IMG/VR virus record: IMGVR_UViG_3300032038_000025
Coordinates: 53,929-117,928 of that record
Reading direction: 5' to 3' (one strand)
Origin: a virus
Taxonomy: Duplodnaviria; Caudoviricetes
Length of the DNA stretch: 64,000 nt
Each line of letters begins with the position of its first letter. Position 1 is the stretch's first letter. Shown here in pieces: positions 21,966 to 32,502 of this stretch. The position numbers and the translations under genes are program-made. The notes below the pieces were generated by a model. That model was not told where the DNA came from and ran no database searches. It saw only the letters and a program-made list of their open reading frames with translations.

Positions 21966-22460
21966 ATGGGAGATTTATATATTATGTGCGGCATCCCTGG
22001 GTCTGGTAAATCTACCTTCCTTAAAAATAAAATCAAAAAAGATAATTCGGTTGTTATATCTCGTGATGAAATTAGATTTTCTATGCTTAGACCTGGAGAA
22101 GAATATTTTTCTCATGAGAATGACGTTACTGAAACCTTTTGGAATCAGATTAATGAAGCTCTTGCAACTGGAAAAGATGTCTTCGCAGACCAGACTTCTC
22201 TTACTCCAAAATCAAGAAAATGGTTAATTGATCATGTAAATGGGTATGATCATGTAAATCTTATCTGGATTGATGAAGATCTTCAGACCTGTCTTGAAAG
22301 AAATGAGAAGCGGCGCGGGACCAGAGCATATGTTCCTAGAGGGCAGGTCCGCCGCATGTCATGTCAGTTTGTAAAGCCTACATCATATGAAGGTTTTCAT
22401 TACATTTTTCATTATAATAGTAAAGAAGATAAAATTACGTATAAAGAAGGAGGAATTTAA
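21966..22460 (+). CDS. Polynucleotide kinase-like P-loop kinase (AAA_33)
   Basis: GIPGSGKST, SRDEIR, CLERN..R. Confidence 0.85.
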   Translation: MGDLYIMCGIPGSGKSTFLKNKIKKDNSVVISRDEIRFSMLRPGEEYFSHENDVTETFWNQINEALATGKDVFADQTSLTPKSRKWLIDHVNGYDHVNLIWIDEDLQTCLERNEKRRGTRAYVPRGQVRRMSCQFVKPTSYEGFHYIFHYNSKEDKITYKEGGI

Positions 22461-23012
22461 ATGATTTATATCTCATCAGATTTGCATTTGAACCATAATC
22501 AGCCTTTTATTTATGAACCTAGAGGCTTTAAAGATGTGTATGAAATGACTTTTACGATTCTTGATAATTTCAATAGAATCATTAAACCAGATGATGATCT
22601 ATATCTTCTTGGAGATAATTTTCTTGGAGAACTTGAACCAGGACTTGAACTTTTTAATCATCTTCCAGGAAAAATTCATCTTATTTGGGGTAATCATGAT
22701 ACCTACAATAGAAAAGAAGCTCTTTCAAAATGCCATAATGTAGTTGAAGTAATTGGCTATGCGGGAATACTTAAATATGGTAAATATCATTTTTATTTAA
22801 GTCATTTTCCAACCTGTACAACAAATTTTGATGATTATGGAAAACCATTAAATCGAAGAGTTCTTTGTCTTGCAGGGCATACTCATTCAAAAGATAAGTT
22901 TGAATTAACTCACTCATATAACGTTGCGGTTGATGCTCATAATTGTTATCCTGTATCTATTGATGAAGTAATTAAAGATTTTAAAGATTATATAGATGAT
23001 TATAGCGGCTAA
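22461..23012 (+). CDS. Calcineurin-like phosphoesterase
   Basis: SDLHL.H, LLGD, GNHD, SHFP, GHTH, NVAVD. Confidence 0.85.
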   Translation: MIYISSDLHLNHNQPFIYEPRGFKDVYEMTFTILDNFNRIIKPDDDLYLLGDNFLGELEPGLELFNHLPGKIHLIWGNHDTYNRKEALSKCHNVVEVIGYAGILKYGKYHFYLSHFPTCTTNFDDYGKPLNRRVLCLAGHTHSKDKFELTHSYNVAVDAHNCYPVSIDEVIKDFKDYIDDYSG

Positions 23013-23036
23013 AGCCGCTAAATCATCTATTTTTTT
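22992..23036 (+). terminator. Intrinsic terminator
   Basis: ATAGATGATT.TAGCGGCT / AGCCGCTA.AATCATCTAT plus a T-run. Confidence 0.75.
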
Positions 23037-23038
23037 AT

Positions 23039-23067
23039 TTGACAAAAATAATTATTTATGATATAAT
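23039..23067 (+). promoter_or_regulatory. Sigma-A promoter of the RNase H gene
   Basis: TTGACA-17-TATAAT with TG. Confidence 0.8.
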
Positions 23068-23094
23068 AAATATTATATATAAGGAGTTTTTTAT

Positions 23095-23610
23095 ATGTTA
23101 CATATTTATATAGATGGAAGTTGTCGCGGGAATGGTTATAAAGATTCTCGAGGCGGGTTCGGGATAGTAATATTTGACAACCGCCGCAATTTAATTGATG
23201 CCTATTGTTAGCAATTTGATAATGTAACAAATAATCAAATGGAATTAAAAGCATTCCTAAAAACATTTGAATTACTAAATACAAAATATAAAAATTAGGA
23301 AGCAACTATTTATTCTGATTCTGCATATTGTATAAATATCCTCACTTCATGGATTTACTCTTGGAGTAAAAATAATTGGAAAAATAGTAAACATGAAACA
23401 ATAAAAAATTTAGATATTATTTTATCTATATATAAATATTATAATATAGATTTTTTTATAAATCAAATAAATTTTATAAAAGTTGATGGTCATAATGGAA
23501 TTATAGGTAATTAGTTAGCGGATGCTCTTGCAACGGCAGACAAATTAAAATTTTCAAATATTATATTACAAAATCATATAAACATTAACCTTTTGGAAAA
23601 AACTTGCTAA
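23095..23610 (+). CDS. rnhA: Ribonuclease HI, 171 aa, 3 TAG
   Basis: IYIDGSCRGNG, TNNQMELKA, IYSDSAYC, KVDGHNGIIGN*LADALA; TAG at 23209, 23296, 23512; absent from the track. Confidence 0.9.
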
Positions 23611-23666
23611 AATTAAAAAATTTTATTATAATATAAATATATAATAAAGGAAGAGGTAAAAAATAA

Positions 23667-25571
23667 ATGGTTGATAAACATTTATATACAGAGGATAGTA
23701 TCGAAAGTCTCTCGCCCCTTGAGTTTACAAGGCTTCGTCCGCAAGTATATGCAGGTGATTGCACATATTCAACTCAGCTATTAGTAGAAATTATTTCTAA
23801 TGCAGTTGATGAATATCGTCTTAATCATGGGAATAAAATTGATGTAACTATTGATGGAGATATTGTTACAGTTCAAGATTATGGTCAAGGATTTATTCCC
23901 AATTCCTTTAGAGAAGATGGTAAGACAATTCTTGAAGCTGCTTTTAGTGTATTAAATACTTCAGGAAAATATCGTGATGATGGAACCTATGAGGGGACTT
24001 CTCTTGGTTCTTTTGGCATTGGTAGCAAAATTACTACCTTTTTAAGTCATTGGCTAGATGTTACTACTCAAAGAGATGGCGAAGTTGAAGAGATTAAATT
24101 TGTTGAAGGCGTTTTTAATAAAAGACAACTAGGAAAGTGTAAAGATAAAAAATCTGGCACAATTGTTACATGGCAACCCTCAGAAGAGTTTTTTACTCAT
24201 ACAGAGGTTGAATTAAATAAAATTAAAGATTTATTTGAAACTATTACCTGTCTTTGTCCTGGATTAACTATCAATCTTAATCTTGGAGGAGAAAATTCTA
24301 CTCAATATTATTCAACAAATGGTATTAATGATTTAGTTAATAAAAATTTAAAAGGTGAAGAATTAATTAATAATCGTTTTTCAATGAATTTTTCAGAAGG
24401 CAAGAATAAACTTGATATGGTTCTTACTTATGCTGGAAACTATTCTTCAACTATAATTCCTTATGTTAATACTGGTTTAACAGAATCTGGACCTCATATC
24501 ACTCAGATTAAAACAGTTATTACAAGAGAATTTAACAAATTCTTTAAAGAGAAAAAATGGCTTAAAGATAAAGATACTAATTTAACTGGTGATGATATTC
24601 AAGAGGGAATGTATGTAGTATTTAATATTACTGCTCCTAATGTTGGATACGATGCACAGGTTAAAAGTAGAATTACAAAGATTGATATGACGCCTTTTAC
24701 TTTTGCTTTAAGTACAAATCTTGAAGTATGGCTAAATAATAATGAAAAAGAAATAAAATCTATTTTTGAAAAGGCGACAGCCGCTCGTAAAGCACGAGAT
24801 GCTGCAAAGAAAGCAAGAGACAAAGCAAGAGAGCAGAATAAAAAGAAACAGAAAGCTCTTAAATTTGATAGTAAACTTGCAGATTGTTGGTCTAAAGATC
24901 GTATGAAATGTGAGATATATGTGACGGAAGGTGATTCGGCCTCAGGCAACCTAAAACTGGCTCGTGATAATGAATTTGTTGCGGTCATGCCTGTTCGTGG
25001 TAAAATTCTTAATGTTAGAAAAGCAACGCTTGATAAGATTCAGAAAAATGCAGAAATTATGACAATGATTGATGCTTTTGGTCTTACTGTTGATATGAAG
25101 ACAATGAAGCTAACTTATAATAAAGATGACCTTCGTTATGGAAAGATTATAATCGAGTCCGATGCTGACGTTGATGGGAGTCATATTAAAAATTTATTTT
25201 ATACCTTTATATGGACTTTCTGTCCACAATTAATTTTAGATGGATATGTGTATGCAGGAGTTCCACCTCTTTACAAAATCACAGAAGGTAAAGATACTTA
25301 TATCTATTTAAAAGATGATGCGGAACTTGAAAAATATAGAACCAGTCATAAAGGAAAGAAGTATCTCGTTAATCGACTTAAGGGACTCGGAGAGATGTCG
25401 CCGGATGAAACCTCGATTCTTGTAGATCCAGATAAACGAATTATTAAGCAAGTGACTGTAGAAGATATTGCAGCAGCTAATAAATTATTTGATGATTTAA
25501 TGGGTACACAAATTATTCCAAGAAAAAGATTTATTCAACAGCATAGTGCAGAGGCGACTTATGGAGCGTAA
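23667..25571 (+). CDS. gyrB: Type II topoisomerase (gyrase/topo IV) subunit B
   Basis: EIISNAVDE, DYGQG, EGDSA, PVRGKILN, DADVDG, KGLGEM. Confidence 0.92.
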   Translation: MVDKHLYTEDSIESLSPLEFTRLRPQVYAGDCTYSTQLLVEIISNAVDEYRLNHGNKIDVTIDGDIVTVQDYGQGFIPNSFREDGKTILEAAFSVLNTSGKYRDDGTYEGTSLGSFGIGSKITTFLSHWLDVTTQRDGEVEEIKFVEGVFNKRQLGKCKDKKSGTIVTWQPSEEFFTHTEVELNKIKDLFETITCLCPGLTINLNLGGENSTQYYSTNGINDLVNKNLKGEELINNRFSMNFSEGKNKLDMVLTYAGNYSSTIIPYVNTGLTESGPHITQIKTVITREFNKFFKEKKWLKDKDTNLTGDDIQEGMYVVFNITAPNVGYDAQVKSRITKIDMTPFTFALSTNLEVWLNNNEKEIKSIFEKATAARKARDAAKKARDKAREQNKKKQKALKFDSKLADCWSKDRMKCEIYVTEGDSASGNLKLARDNEFVAVMPVRGKILNVRKATLDKIQKNAEIMTMIDAFGLTVDMKTMKLTYNKDDLRYGKIIIESDADVDGSHIKNLFYTFIWTFCPQLILDGYVYAGVPPLYKITEGKDTYIYLKDDAELEKYRTSHKGKKYLVNRLKGLGEMSPDETSILVDPDKRIIKQVTVEDIAAANKLFDDLMGTQIIPRKRFIQQHSAEATYGA

Positions 25572-25740
25572 ATTAAATTATAAAGAAACAAGAGAAGAAA
25601 TTCATAGAATATTATTTGATTTTTTTGATAGAGAATTAGAATGTTCTGAAGATAATGAATTTGATTTTGAATTTATGGAATTTAGAACAGATGATATTTT
25701 AAAATTAATTCAAAATCAAGGAGGCGACTATGCAGAATAA
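25561..25740 (+). CDS. Small acidic hypothetical protein (cassette 1 between gyrB and gyrA)
   Basis: ATG overlaps the gyrB stop by 11 nt. Confidence 0.65.
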   Translation: MERKLNYKETREEIHRILFDFFDRELECSEDNEFDFEFMEFRTDDILKLIQNQGGDYAE

Positions 25741-25927
25741 TATATTAAATGAAATATATAATATATATAAAACAAAATTAGAAGAAGCTACTTCAATATG
25801 GAAAAGTGAATGTTGTTGTATATCAGAAGATGAAAATAGGGATAAAGAAGATAAAGAAGAATTAAAATATTTTGAATCATTGCTTCAAAAAATAGACAAT
25901 AATTGGAGGGCGAATGATGCAGAATGA
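25730..25927 (+). CDS. Small hypothetical protein (cassette 2)
   Basis: SD AGGAGG; starts MQNN. Confidence 0.7.
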   Translation: MQNNILNEIYNIYKTKLEEATSIWKSECCCISEDENRDKEDKEELKYFESLLQKIDNNWRANDAE

Positions 25928-26126
25928 TTTTAATATAGAAGATAGAATTGTAAAAATTTTAACTGATGAATTATGTTATTGTTACTGTGATAATTGTGAA
26001 TTTGGAAATTGGGATAAATATCAAGATACAAGATGCGATGATTGTTATAGAAAATATCAAAATTGGCGGTTATCTGAAGAAACTGCAAAATCAATAGCAA
26101 AACAAATTATTAGGGAGTTTGAATAA
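25917..26126 (+). CDS. Small Cys-rich protein (cassette 3)
   Basis: Starts MQND; C..C...C..C pattern. Confidence 0.7.
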   Translation: MQNDFNIEDRIVKILTDELCYCYCDNCEFGNWDKYQDTRCDDCYRKYQNWRLSEETAKSIAKQIIREFE

Positions 26127-26128
26127 AA

Positions 26129-26386
26129 ATGCAAAATGATTTAATGTGTCCAAACTGTAATTCTCTACTTTATTGGAATCTTGACGAATGGGGTAGAACA
26201 CCATGGCATTTACATTGTGATAAATGTTCTATTAATATTGGTGTAACTAAACAAAATAAAGCTATTGAATTAATTCAAAAATATCATCAGCCAAATACTT
26301 ATATTGAATATTATAATAATGAGATTCAAATATTATTTGAAAATAATAAACAAATAATATTTAAGGAGATAGAAAATGCAGAGTGA
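26129..26386 (+). CDS. Small zinc-ribbon protein (cassette 4)
   Basis: MQNDLMCPNC...HCDKC. Confidence 0.7.
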   Translation: MQNDLMCPNCNSLLYWNLDEWGRTPWHLHCDKCSINIGVTKQNKAIELIQKYHQPNTYIEYYNNEIQILFENNKQIIFKEIENAE

Positions 26387-28715
26387 TTTAATAAAAGAAT
26401 TAAGTACAAATTTTATTGAATATGCGGCCTCTGTTAATTCAGATAGAGCAATACCAAATGCAACTGACGGTCTTAAACCAGTTGCAAAAAGAATTTTATA
26501 TGGAGCTTTTACGGGTGGAAGAACCAGTAATAAACCGCATGTAAAATGCGCAAAGATCGTTGGAGATGTAATGGGTTCTTACCATCCTCACGGAGATTCA
26601 TCCATTTACGGCGCATTAGTTCGTCTTGCACAAGATTGGGTAATGCGTTATCCTCTTATTGATTTTCATGGTAATGTTGGAAATCAGGCGGGTGATGGAC
26701 CTGCCGCACCTCGTTATACAGAAGCAAGGTTATCTAAACTAACAGAAGAAGGTATGCTTCAAGGTTTAAAGAAAAATAATGTTGATTTTATTCCTAACTA
26801 CGATGAAACAACAGAAGAACCTATTGAACTACCAAGTATCTTTCCTAATCTTCTTTGTAACCCTAATAGTGGTATTGGTGTGGCTATGGCCTGTTCTTGG
26901 GCACCGCATAATCTTGGTGAAGTAGCTGTGGCAATTAATCAATATTTATCTGGAGAAGAGCCTACTCTACCAGGGCCAGATTTTCCAACAGGTGGAATTG
27001 TTATCAATTCTAAAGACATTCCTTCGATTATGAAAACAGGGCATGGAAGTGTTAAAATTCGTGGAAGATTTGAAATTGATAAACAAAAAATTATCTTTAC
27101 AGAAATTCCATATGGTACTACTATTGAAGGATTAATGACTGAAATTGGTGAAATTTCAGATTCAAAGGAAATTGAGGGAATTGATAATATTCGTGACGAA
27201 TCTAATAAAAAAGGTGTTAGAATTGTTATTGAATGCGATAAAGGTATCAATCCCGCAAGTATTGTAAATAAACTTTTTGCAAAAACAAACTTACAGAGTT
27301 CATTTAGTTATAATCAAGTCGCTCTTGTTGATAAAGTGCCAACTGAATTAAATCTTAAAGATTGTATTAAAATTTATGTTGACCATAATATTGATTGTAT
27401 AACAAGAGAAACTAAATTTGATTTAGATAAGGCTATTGATAGACTTGAAATTGTCAATGGGTTGCTGCGGGCACTTGAGGATATTGACAACATCATAGCG
27501 CTGATTAAAGGCTCTGAAAATGCAACCGCCGCAAAAGAAGCATTAATTAAAAAATATCAGTTTACAGAAAATCAAGCTAAAGCAATTTTAGCTATGAGAC
27601 TTTCTTCTCTTGCAAAACTTGAAAAAGTTGAATTAGAGAAAGAAGCAAAAGAACTTGAAAATAAAATTACTGATTTAAAAAATATTCTTGCAAATGAAGA
27701 TCGTCAAAAGAGCATTCTTAAATCTCGTTTAGGGGATCTCGTTAAAAAATATGGCGATGCCCGCCGCACAGAACTAACTAACATTGAAGTAAAACCAGAA
27801 GAAAAAATAATTGAAGAAGTTGTTCCAGAAGACTGTGTTGTAATTCTTTCTCAAACTGGAGATATTAAACGTGTACCTAAAAATAACTTTAAAGTACAAC
27901 GAAAGAATGGCAAGGGCGTTAAAACCAAAAATGATATAATTATGTCTAGCATTTCCACCAATACTATTGATAATCTTCTTCTTTTTACTAAAAAAGGTAA
28001 GATGTTTAAAATTATTGTAGATGAAGTACCAATTGGAACAAACGTATCAAAAGGCGCACATGTTGGAACATTAATTAATATGGATCAAGATGATGAAGTA
28101 ATAGCAATTACATCTCTTGCTAGAAGTAATACTGCAAAATATGTAGCATTCTTTACAAAACAAGGATTAATGAAAAAAACTTTTCTTGATGAATATACAA
28201 AAGTAAAACGTAGTACAGGAATTGCGGCAATTAAAATTAACGATGGCGATTCTATTGCCAATGTAGAATTTATTAATGAAGAAGATATTCTTGTAATTAC
28301 TAAAAATGGCATGTCTATTCATTTTGAAAGTAAAAATGTTAATCCTATTGGTAGAGTCGCGGCTGGTGTTAAAACTATAAAATTAGATGAAAATGATGAG
28401 GTTGTTGTAGGACTTCCAATTCATTCAGATAATGATACTGTTGCTATTTTTTCAACAAAAGGATATGGTAAAAAAACTTCTATTAAAGAATTTACAATTC
28501 AAGGTCGAGGCGGAAAAGGACTAGTTATTTATAGACCAAGTATTGTATATGGAGAAATTGCAGGCGCCGCTATTGTTACGGATAAAGACACCATTCTTCT
28601 CACTGGTCAGCCTAACTCTATATGCATTACCGCATCAGATTTACCTTCATTAACTCGAACAAGTTTTGGTAATATTATGATAAAATCTAATATTTCATCT
28701 ATCGTAAAATTTTAA
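26376..28715 (+). CDS. gyrA: Type II topoisomerase subunit A with beta-pinwheel CTD
   Basis: DGLKPV, YHPHGD, catalytic PRYTEAR, GPDFPTGG; GyrA-box-like QRKNGKG. Confidence 0.92.
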   Translation: MQSDLIKELSTNFIEYAASVNSDRAIPNATDGLKPVAKRILYGAFTGGRTSNKPHVKCAKIVGDVMGSYHPHGDSSIYGALVRLAQDWVMRYPLIDFHGNVGNQAGDGPAAPRYTEARLSKLTEEGMLQGLKKNNVDFIPNYDETTEEPIELPSIFPNLLCNPNSGIGVAMACSWAPHNLGEVAVAINQYLSGEEPTLPGPDFPTGGIVINSKDIPSIMKTGHGSVKIRGRFEIDKQKIIFTEIPYGTTIEGLMTEIGEISDSKEIEGIDNIRDESNKKGVRIVIECDKGINPASIVNKLFAKTNLQSSFSYNQVALVDKVPTELNLKDCIKIYVDHNIDCITRETKFDLDKAIDRLEIVNGLLRALEDIDNIIALIKGSENATAAKEALIKKYQFTENQAKAILAMRLSSLAKLEKVELEKEAKELENKITDLKNILANEDRQKSILKSRLGDLVKKYGDARRTELTNIEVKPEEKIIEEVVPEDCVVILSQTGDIKRVPKNNFKVQRKNGKGVKTKNDIIMSSISTNTIDNLLLFTKKGKMFKIIVDEVPIGTNVSKGAHVGTLINMDQDDEVIAITSLARSNTAKYVAFFTKQGLMKKTFLDEYTKVKRSTGIAAIKINDGDSIANVEFINEEDILVITKNGMSIHFESKNVNPIGRVAAGVKTIKLDENDEVVVGLPIHSDNDTVAIFSTKGYGKKTSIKEFTIQGRGGKGLVIYRPSIVYGEIAGAAIVTDKDTILLTGQPNSICITASDLPSLTRTSFGNIMIKSNISSIVKF

Positions 28716-28797
28716 TAATGAGGGACTTTTGTCCCTCATTTGCTTTTTATAAAAAAATATATTATAATATATTTATAAGAAAAAGAGGTAATATAAT

Positions 28798-30750
28798 ATG
28801 GATGAATGGACAATAAGAAGTTTAATTGATGAATTAAATAGATTAACAAAACTTTATGATAAAGGACATCCAGAAATTAGTGATAAAAAATGGGATGATC
28901 TTTATTTTAAATTAAAACAGATGGAAGAAGAAACTGGTATTATTTATCCAGATTCACCAACCCAAAGTATTCATTTTGAAAAAGTATCTGAATTAAAAAA
29001 GGCTAAACATAATCATCCCATGCTTTCTCTTGATAAAACCAAAGATATAGAGGCAGTTAAATCATTTATTAAAGGGCATGATTGGGTTATTATGGCAAAA
29101 ATGGATGGTTTAACATGTTCACTACATTATTTAGATGGTAAACTTATATCCGCAGAAACTCGCGGTAATGGAATAGAGGGAGAAGATATTACTCATAACG
29201 CTATGGTTATTCCATCTATTCCTAAAAAAATTGAACGAAAAGAAGATACTATTATTGATGGAGAAATTATTTGTACTTATAATAATTTTGAATCTTTTAA
29301 AAATGAATATAAAAATCCACGAAATTTTGCAAGTGGCAGTATCAGATTACTTGATTCAAAAGAATGTTCAAAAAGAAATCTTACTTTTATCGCTTGGGAT
29401 GTTGTAAAAGGTGGAAAATATGAGTGGTTATCTAATAATTTATCAGCATTAAGATCTTATGGATTTAATGTGGTTCCAATGTTTATTAATGGTGATGGGA
29501 CAGATTTAACTCCCGTTGAAGATTATATTAATAGTATTAAAAAAGAAAGTGAAAAACTTTTTTATCCTATTGATGGAGTTGTTTTTAAATATGATGATAT
29601 AAAAACATATGAGGCGGCAGGCCGCACAGATCATCATTTTAAAGGTGGTTTAGCATATAAATTTTATGATGAAACTTACGAAACTTATTTAAGATATATT
29701 GAATGGACGATGGGAAGAACTGGTGTTCTTACTCCAGTGGCAGTATTTGAACCTATTGACATAGAAGGCTCAATTGTTGAACGAGCAAGTTTACATAATT
29801 TAAGTGTAATGGAAAATATTTTAGGTATTCCTTTTGAAAAACAAAAATTGCAGGTTTTTAAAGCAAATATGATTGTTCCGCAAATTTATAGTGCAGAAAA
29901 ACCAAAAGAAAAACCTAATGGTCCTATTATTCCATTAATAGAAAAATGTCCTATTTGCGGTGAAGATGTAGAAATTATTAACAATAATGGTGTAAAAATT
30001 ATTGTATGCACTAATCCCTCATGCCAGGGGAAATTTATTAATATACTTGAGCATTTTTGTGGAAAAAAGGGTCTTGATATTAAAGGGTTATCTAAAGCTA
30101 CTTTTCAAAAGCTAATTGATTGGGAATGGCTTGAAAATCTTGAAGGAGTTTTTAATCTTAATCAATATAGAAATGAATGGATTAAGAAGCCTGGTTTTGG
30201 AATAGCTTCTGTAGATAAAATCTTAAAATCAATAGAAGAGCATAAACATACCACACTTGATGCTTTTATATCTGCGATTGGTATCCCCCTCATAGGGCGG
30301 GCAGTAGCAAAAGATTTAATAAATTATTTTGAAACATATGAAGATTTCCGTAATGCAATTAATGATGATAAATATGACTTCTCTGTCTTAAATAATTTTG
30401 GAGAAGAAATGAATAAAAGTATTAAAAATTTTGATTATGCGGAAGCCGATAGAATTTCTAAACTTTTAATTTTTGAAACCCCTATTGTTAACAACATTCA
30501 AATAAATAATAGTCTCACAGGAAAAACTATAGTTATTACAGGAAAACTTACTACGTTTAAAAATAGAGCTGAATTAAAAGCAATTATTGAGGCTCATGGC
30601 GGCAAGGTGTCTGATTCTATTTCTAGTAAAACTAATTTATTAATTAATAATGATGTAAATAGTACATCATCTAAAAATAAAGCTGCTCAAAGTCGCGGTA
30701 TTCCAATTATTTCTGAACTAGACTTTGTAAAGCAATATATTGAAAATTAA
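28798..30750 (+). CDS. ligA: NAD-dependent DNA ligase
   Basis: HPMLSLDK, KMDG, TRGNG..GEDIT, NPRN.ASG, Zn finger, BRCT. Confidence 0.95.
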   Translation: MDEWTIRSLIDELNRLTKLYDKGHPEISDKKWDDLYFKLKQMEEETGIIYPDSPTQSIHFEKVSELKKAKHNHPMLSLDKTKDIEAVKSFIKGHDWVIMAKMDGLTCSLHYLDGKLISAETRGNGIEGEDITHNAMVIPSIPKKIERKEDTIIDGEIICTYNNFESFKNEYKNPRNFASGSIRLLDSKECSKRNLTFIAWDVVKGGKYEWLSNNLSALRSYGFNVVPMFINGDGTDLTPVEDYINSIKKESEKLFYPIDGVVFKYDDIKTYEAAGRTDHHFKGGLAYKFYDETYETYLRYIEWTMGRTGVLTPVAVFEPIDIEGSIVERASLHNLSVMENILGIPFEKQKLQVFKANMIVPQIYSAEKPKEKPNGPIIPLIEKCPICGEDVEIINNNGVKIIVCTNPSCQGKFINILEHFCGKKGLDIKGLSKATFQKLIDWEWLENLEGVFNLNQYRNEWIKKPGFGIASVDKILKSIEEHKHTTLDAFISAIGIPLIGRAVAKDLINYFETYEDFRNAINDDKYDFSVLNNFGEEMNKSIKNFDYAEADRISKLLIFETPIVNNIQINNSLTGKTIVITGKLTTFKNRAELKAIIEAHGGKVSDSISSKTNLLINNDVNSTSSKNKAAQSRGIPIISELDFVKQYIEN

Positions 30751-30979
30751 AAAAATTTTTTATATAATTATAATATAAATAAGATGAGTAAATGAATAGA
30801 AGGTCTTTAAAACATTTGATGACAAAAATAATAAAAATTTTTATTTTATTCACTTAATATTTTTTGATTTTTAAAAAATTTTTTACTATAATATAAAAGA
30901 TATAAGTGATAAATAAATAAATTCATCTTATATAAAATAATTAAAAATATATATTTATTAAAAAGGAGAAAAAAGGATT

Positions 30980-31267
30980 ATGCTTAGTGAGAATAGCAAG
31001 GCGGTTTTTGATTTTGTAAAGGAACATGATGGACAGGATTTTACTGCACAGGACATTGCAGATGCAACAGGTCTTTCTGTCCGTTCTGTTAATGGTATTG
31101 TAACATCAGCTTTCCAGCGTCATAAGGATGCTGATAAGAATGAGCTTCCGCTAATGGTTCGTGTTCCGGCAGAAATTGAAGATCCAGAGACTGGCCTACA
31201 TAAGGCAATTAAGTTTATTCAGCTTACCGATGCAGGTCGTGCATTTGATCCAACTGCTGAGGATTAA
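30980..31267 (+). CDS. Small HTH DNA-binding protein
   Basis: FTAQDIADATGLSVRSV; own promoters upstream (30740, 30864) and a terminator downstream. Confidence 0.7.
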   Translation: MLSENSKAVFDFVKEHDGQDFTAQDIADATGLSVRSVNGIVTSAFQRHKDADKNELPLMVRVPAEIEDPETGLHKAIKFIQLTDAGRAFDPTAED

Positions 31268-31279
31268 CTTGAGTATTTT

Positions 31280-31313
31280 ATAAGGGTTAGATAAAATATC
31301 TAACCCTTATTTT
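31280..31313 (+). terminator. Intrinsic terminator
   Basis: ATAAGGGTTAGATA-AAA-TATCTAACCCTTAT-TTT. Confidence 0.75.
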
Positions 31314-31330
31314 GCATATTGGAGGAAAAA

Positions 31331-32251
31331 ATGATATTATTAATATTAGGTTTTATCTTTCTAATATGCGGTTTAATTCTTTTTTATAATGCTAATCAAA
31401 TTAAAATTTAGAAAAATTTAAAGCAAGAATAGTATAAATCTCAGTTAGAAAAAGAAGTTCATAATTTACAAGTAGATAGAAATAATTTAATTAATACTGA
31501 AATACAAAAAAGAAAATAGTTGAAAGATGAGTTTTTACTTTTTCAACAATAGCAAGAAAAAGAATTAAATAAAAATTTTTAGAAAGAAAAACAAATAATT
31601 AAATTAAATCTTGAAAAAGTTAATTATGAAACTTCTAAATAGATTGAAGATATTCATAAAGATTTAAGTAATATTCGATAGTCAGCTATAAAAGAAAAAA
31701 AGCAAATATAGAATGAATTAAATAAATTAAAATCATCTCTTAGCGCGGGTGTAGAAGCGCGTCTCCGCTAGCAATAGAAAAAGGATAAAATTAATTTTTA
31801 TAAACTTTCAATTTCTGATGCAGATTTAGCTGATGTTAAAATGTTAGAAAATTTAAAAGCATCTTTTCATAAGCCTGTTGTTTTAAGTAAACTTATATGG
31901 ACACAATATTTTCAAAAACAAATGACTTAGTTATGTGATAGGGTATTTGGTAAAAAAATAATTTGTGGCATCTATAAGATTACTGATTTAATTACTGAAG
32001 AATGCTATATTGGACAAAGTGTAAATATTCAATAGAGAATGAAACAACATTGCAAATGCGGGTTGGGGATTGAAGCGTCCGCCACAAATAAATTATATAA
32101 TACCATGCAAAAAGACGGAGTCTGGAATTTTTCTTTTGAATTATTAGAAGAATGCCCAAAAGAACTATTAAATGAAAAAGAAAAATTTTGGATATAGATG
32201 TATCAAAGCAATAAATTCGGTTTAAATACTGTAAGAGGGAATAAAACATGA
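31331..32251 (+). CDS. Membrane-anchored coiled-coil protein with C-terminal GIY-YIG nuclease domain, 306 aa, 13 TAG
   Basis: SD GGAGG; MILLILGFIFLICGLILF; CGIYKITD...CYIGQSVNIQ*RMKQH...LNEKEKFWI*MY...GLN; ends TGA; absent from the track. Confidence 0.85.
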
Positions 32252-32493
32252 TAAAAGTTTTTACTTTAAATAAAAATAATAAAATTGAATTAACTAAAAA
32301 AGAGTTGGAGTAGCTTTTAAATGAAAGTTTTTGGGAAGGGTATAATAAAAGAAATCTTTATGTATATAATTCTCCTTCTATAAATACTCCATATACTACT
32401 ACTCCATATTGGACATATAGTACCGCCGACTCAGGGATAACAATAACAGCAAATAGTTTATATAAAAATGATGATACTGATGATAGAAAATGA
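32248..32493 (+). CDS. Hypothetical protein, 81 aa, 1 TAG
   Basis: ATGA overlap with the upstream gene; IELTKKELE*LLNESFWEGY. Confidence 0.65.
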
Positions 32494-32502
32494 GGTTAAA
32501 AT

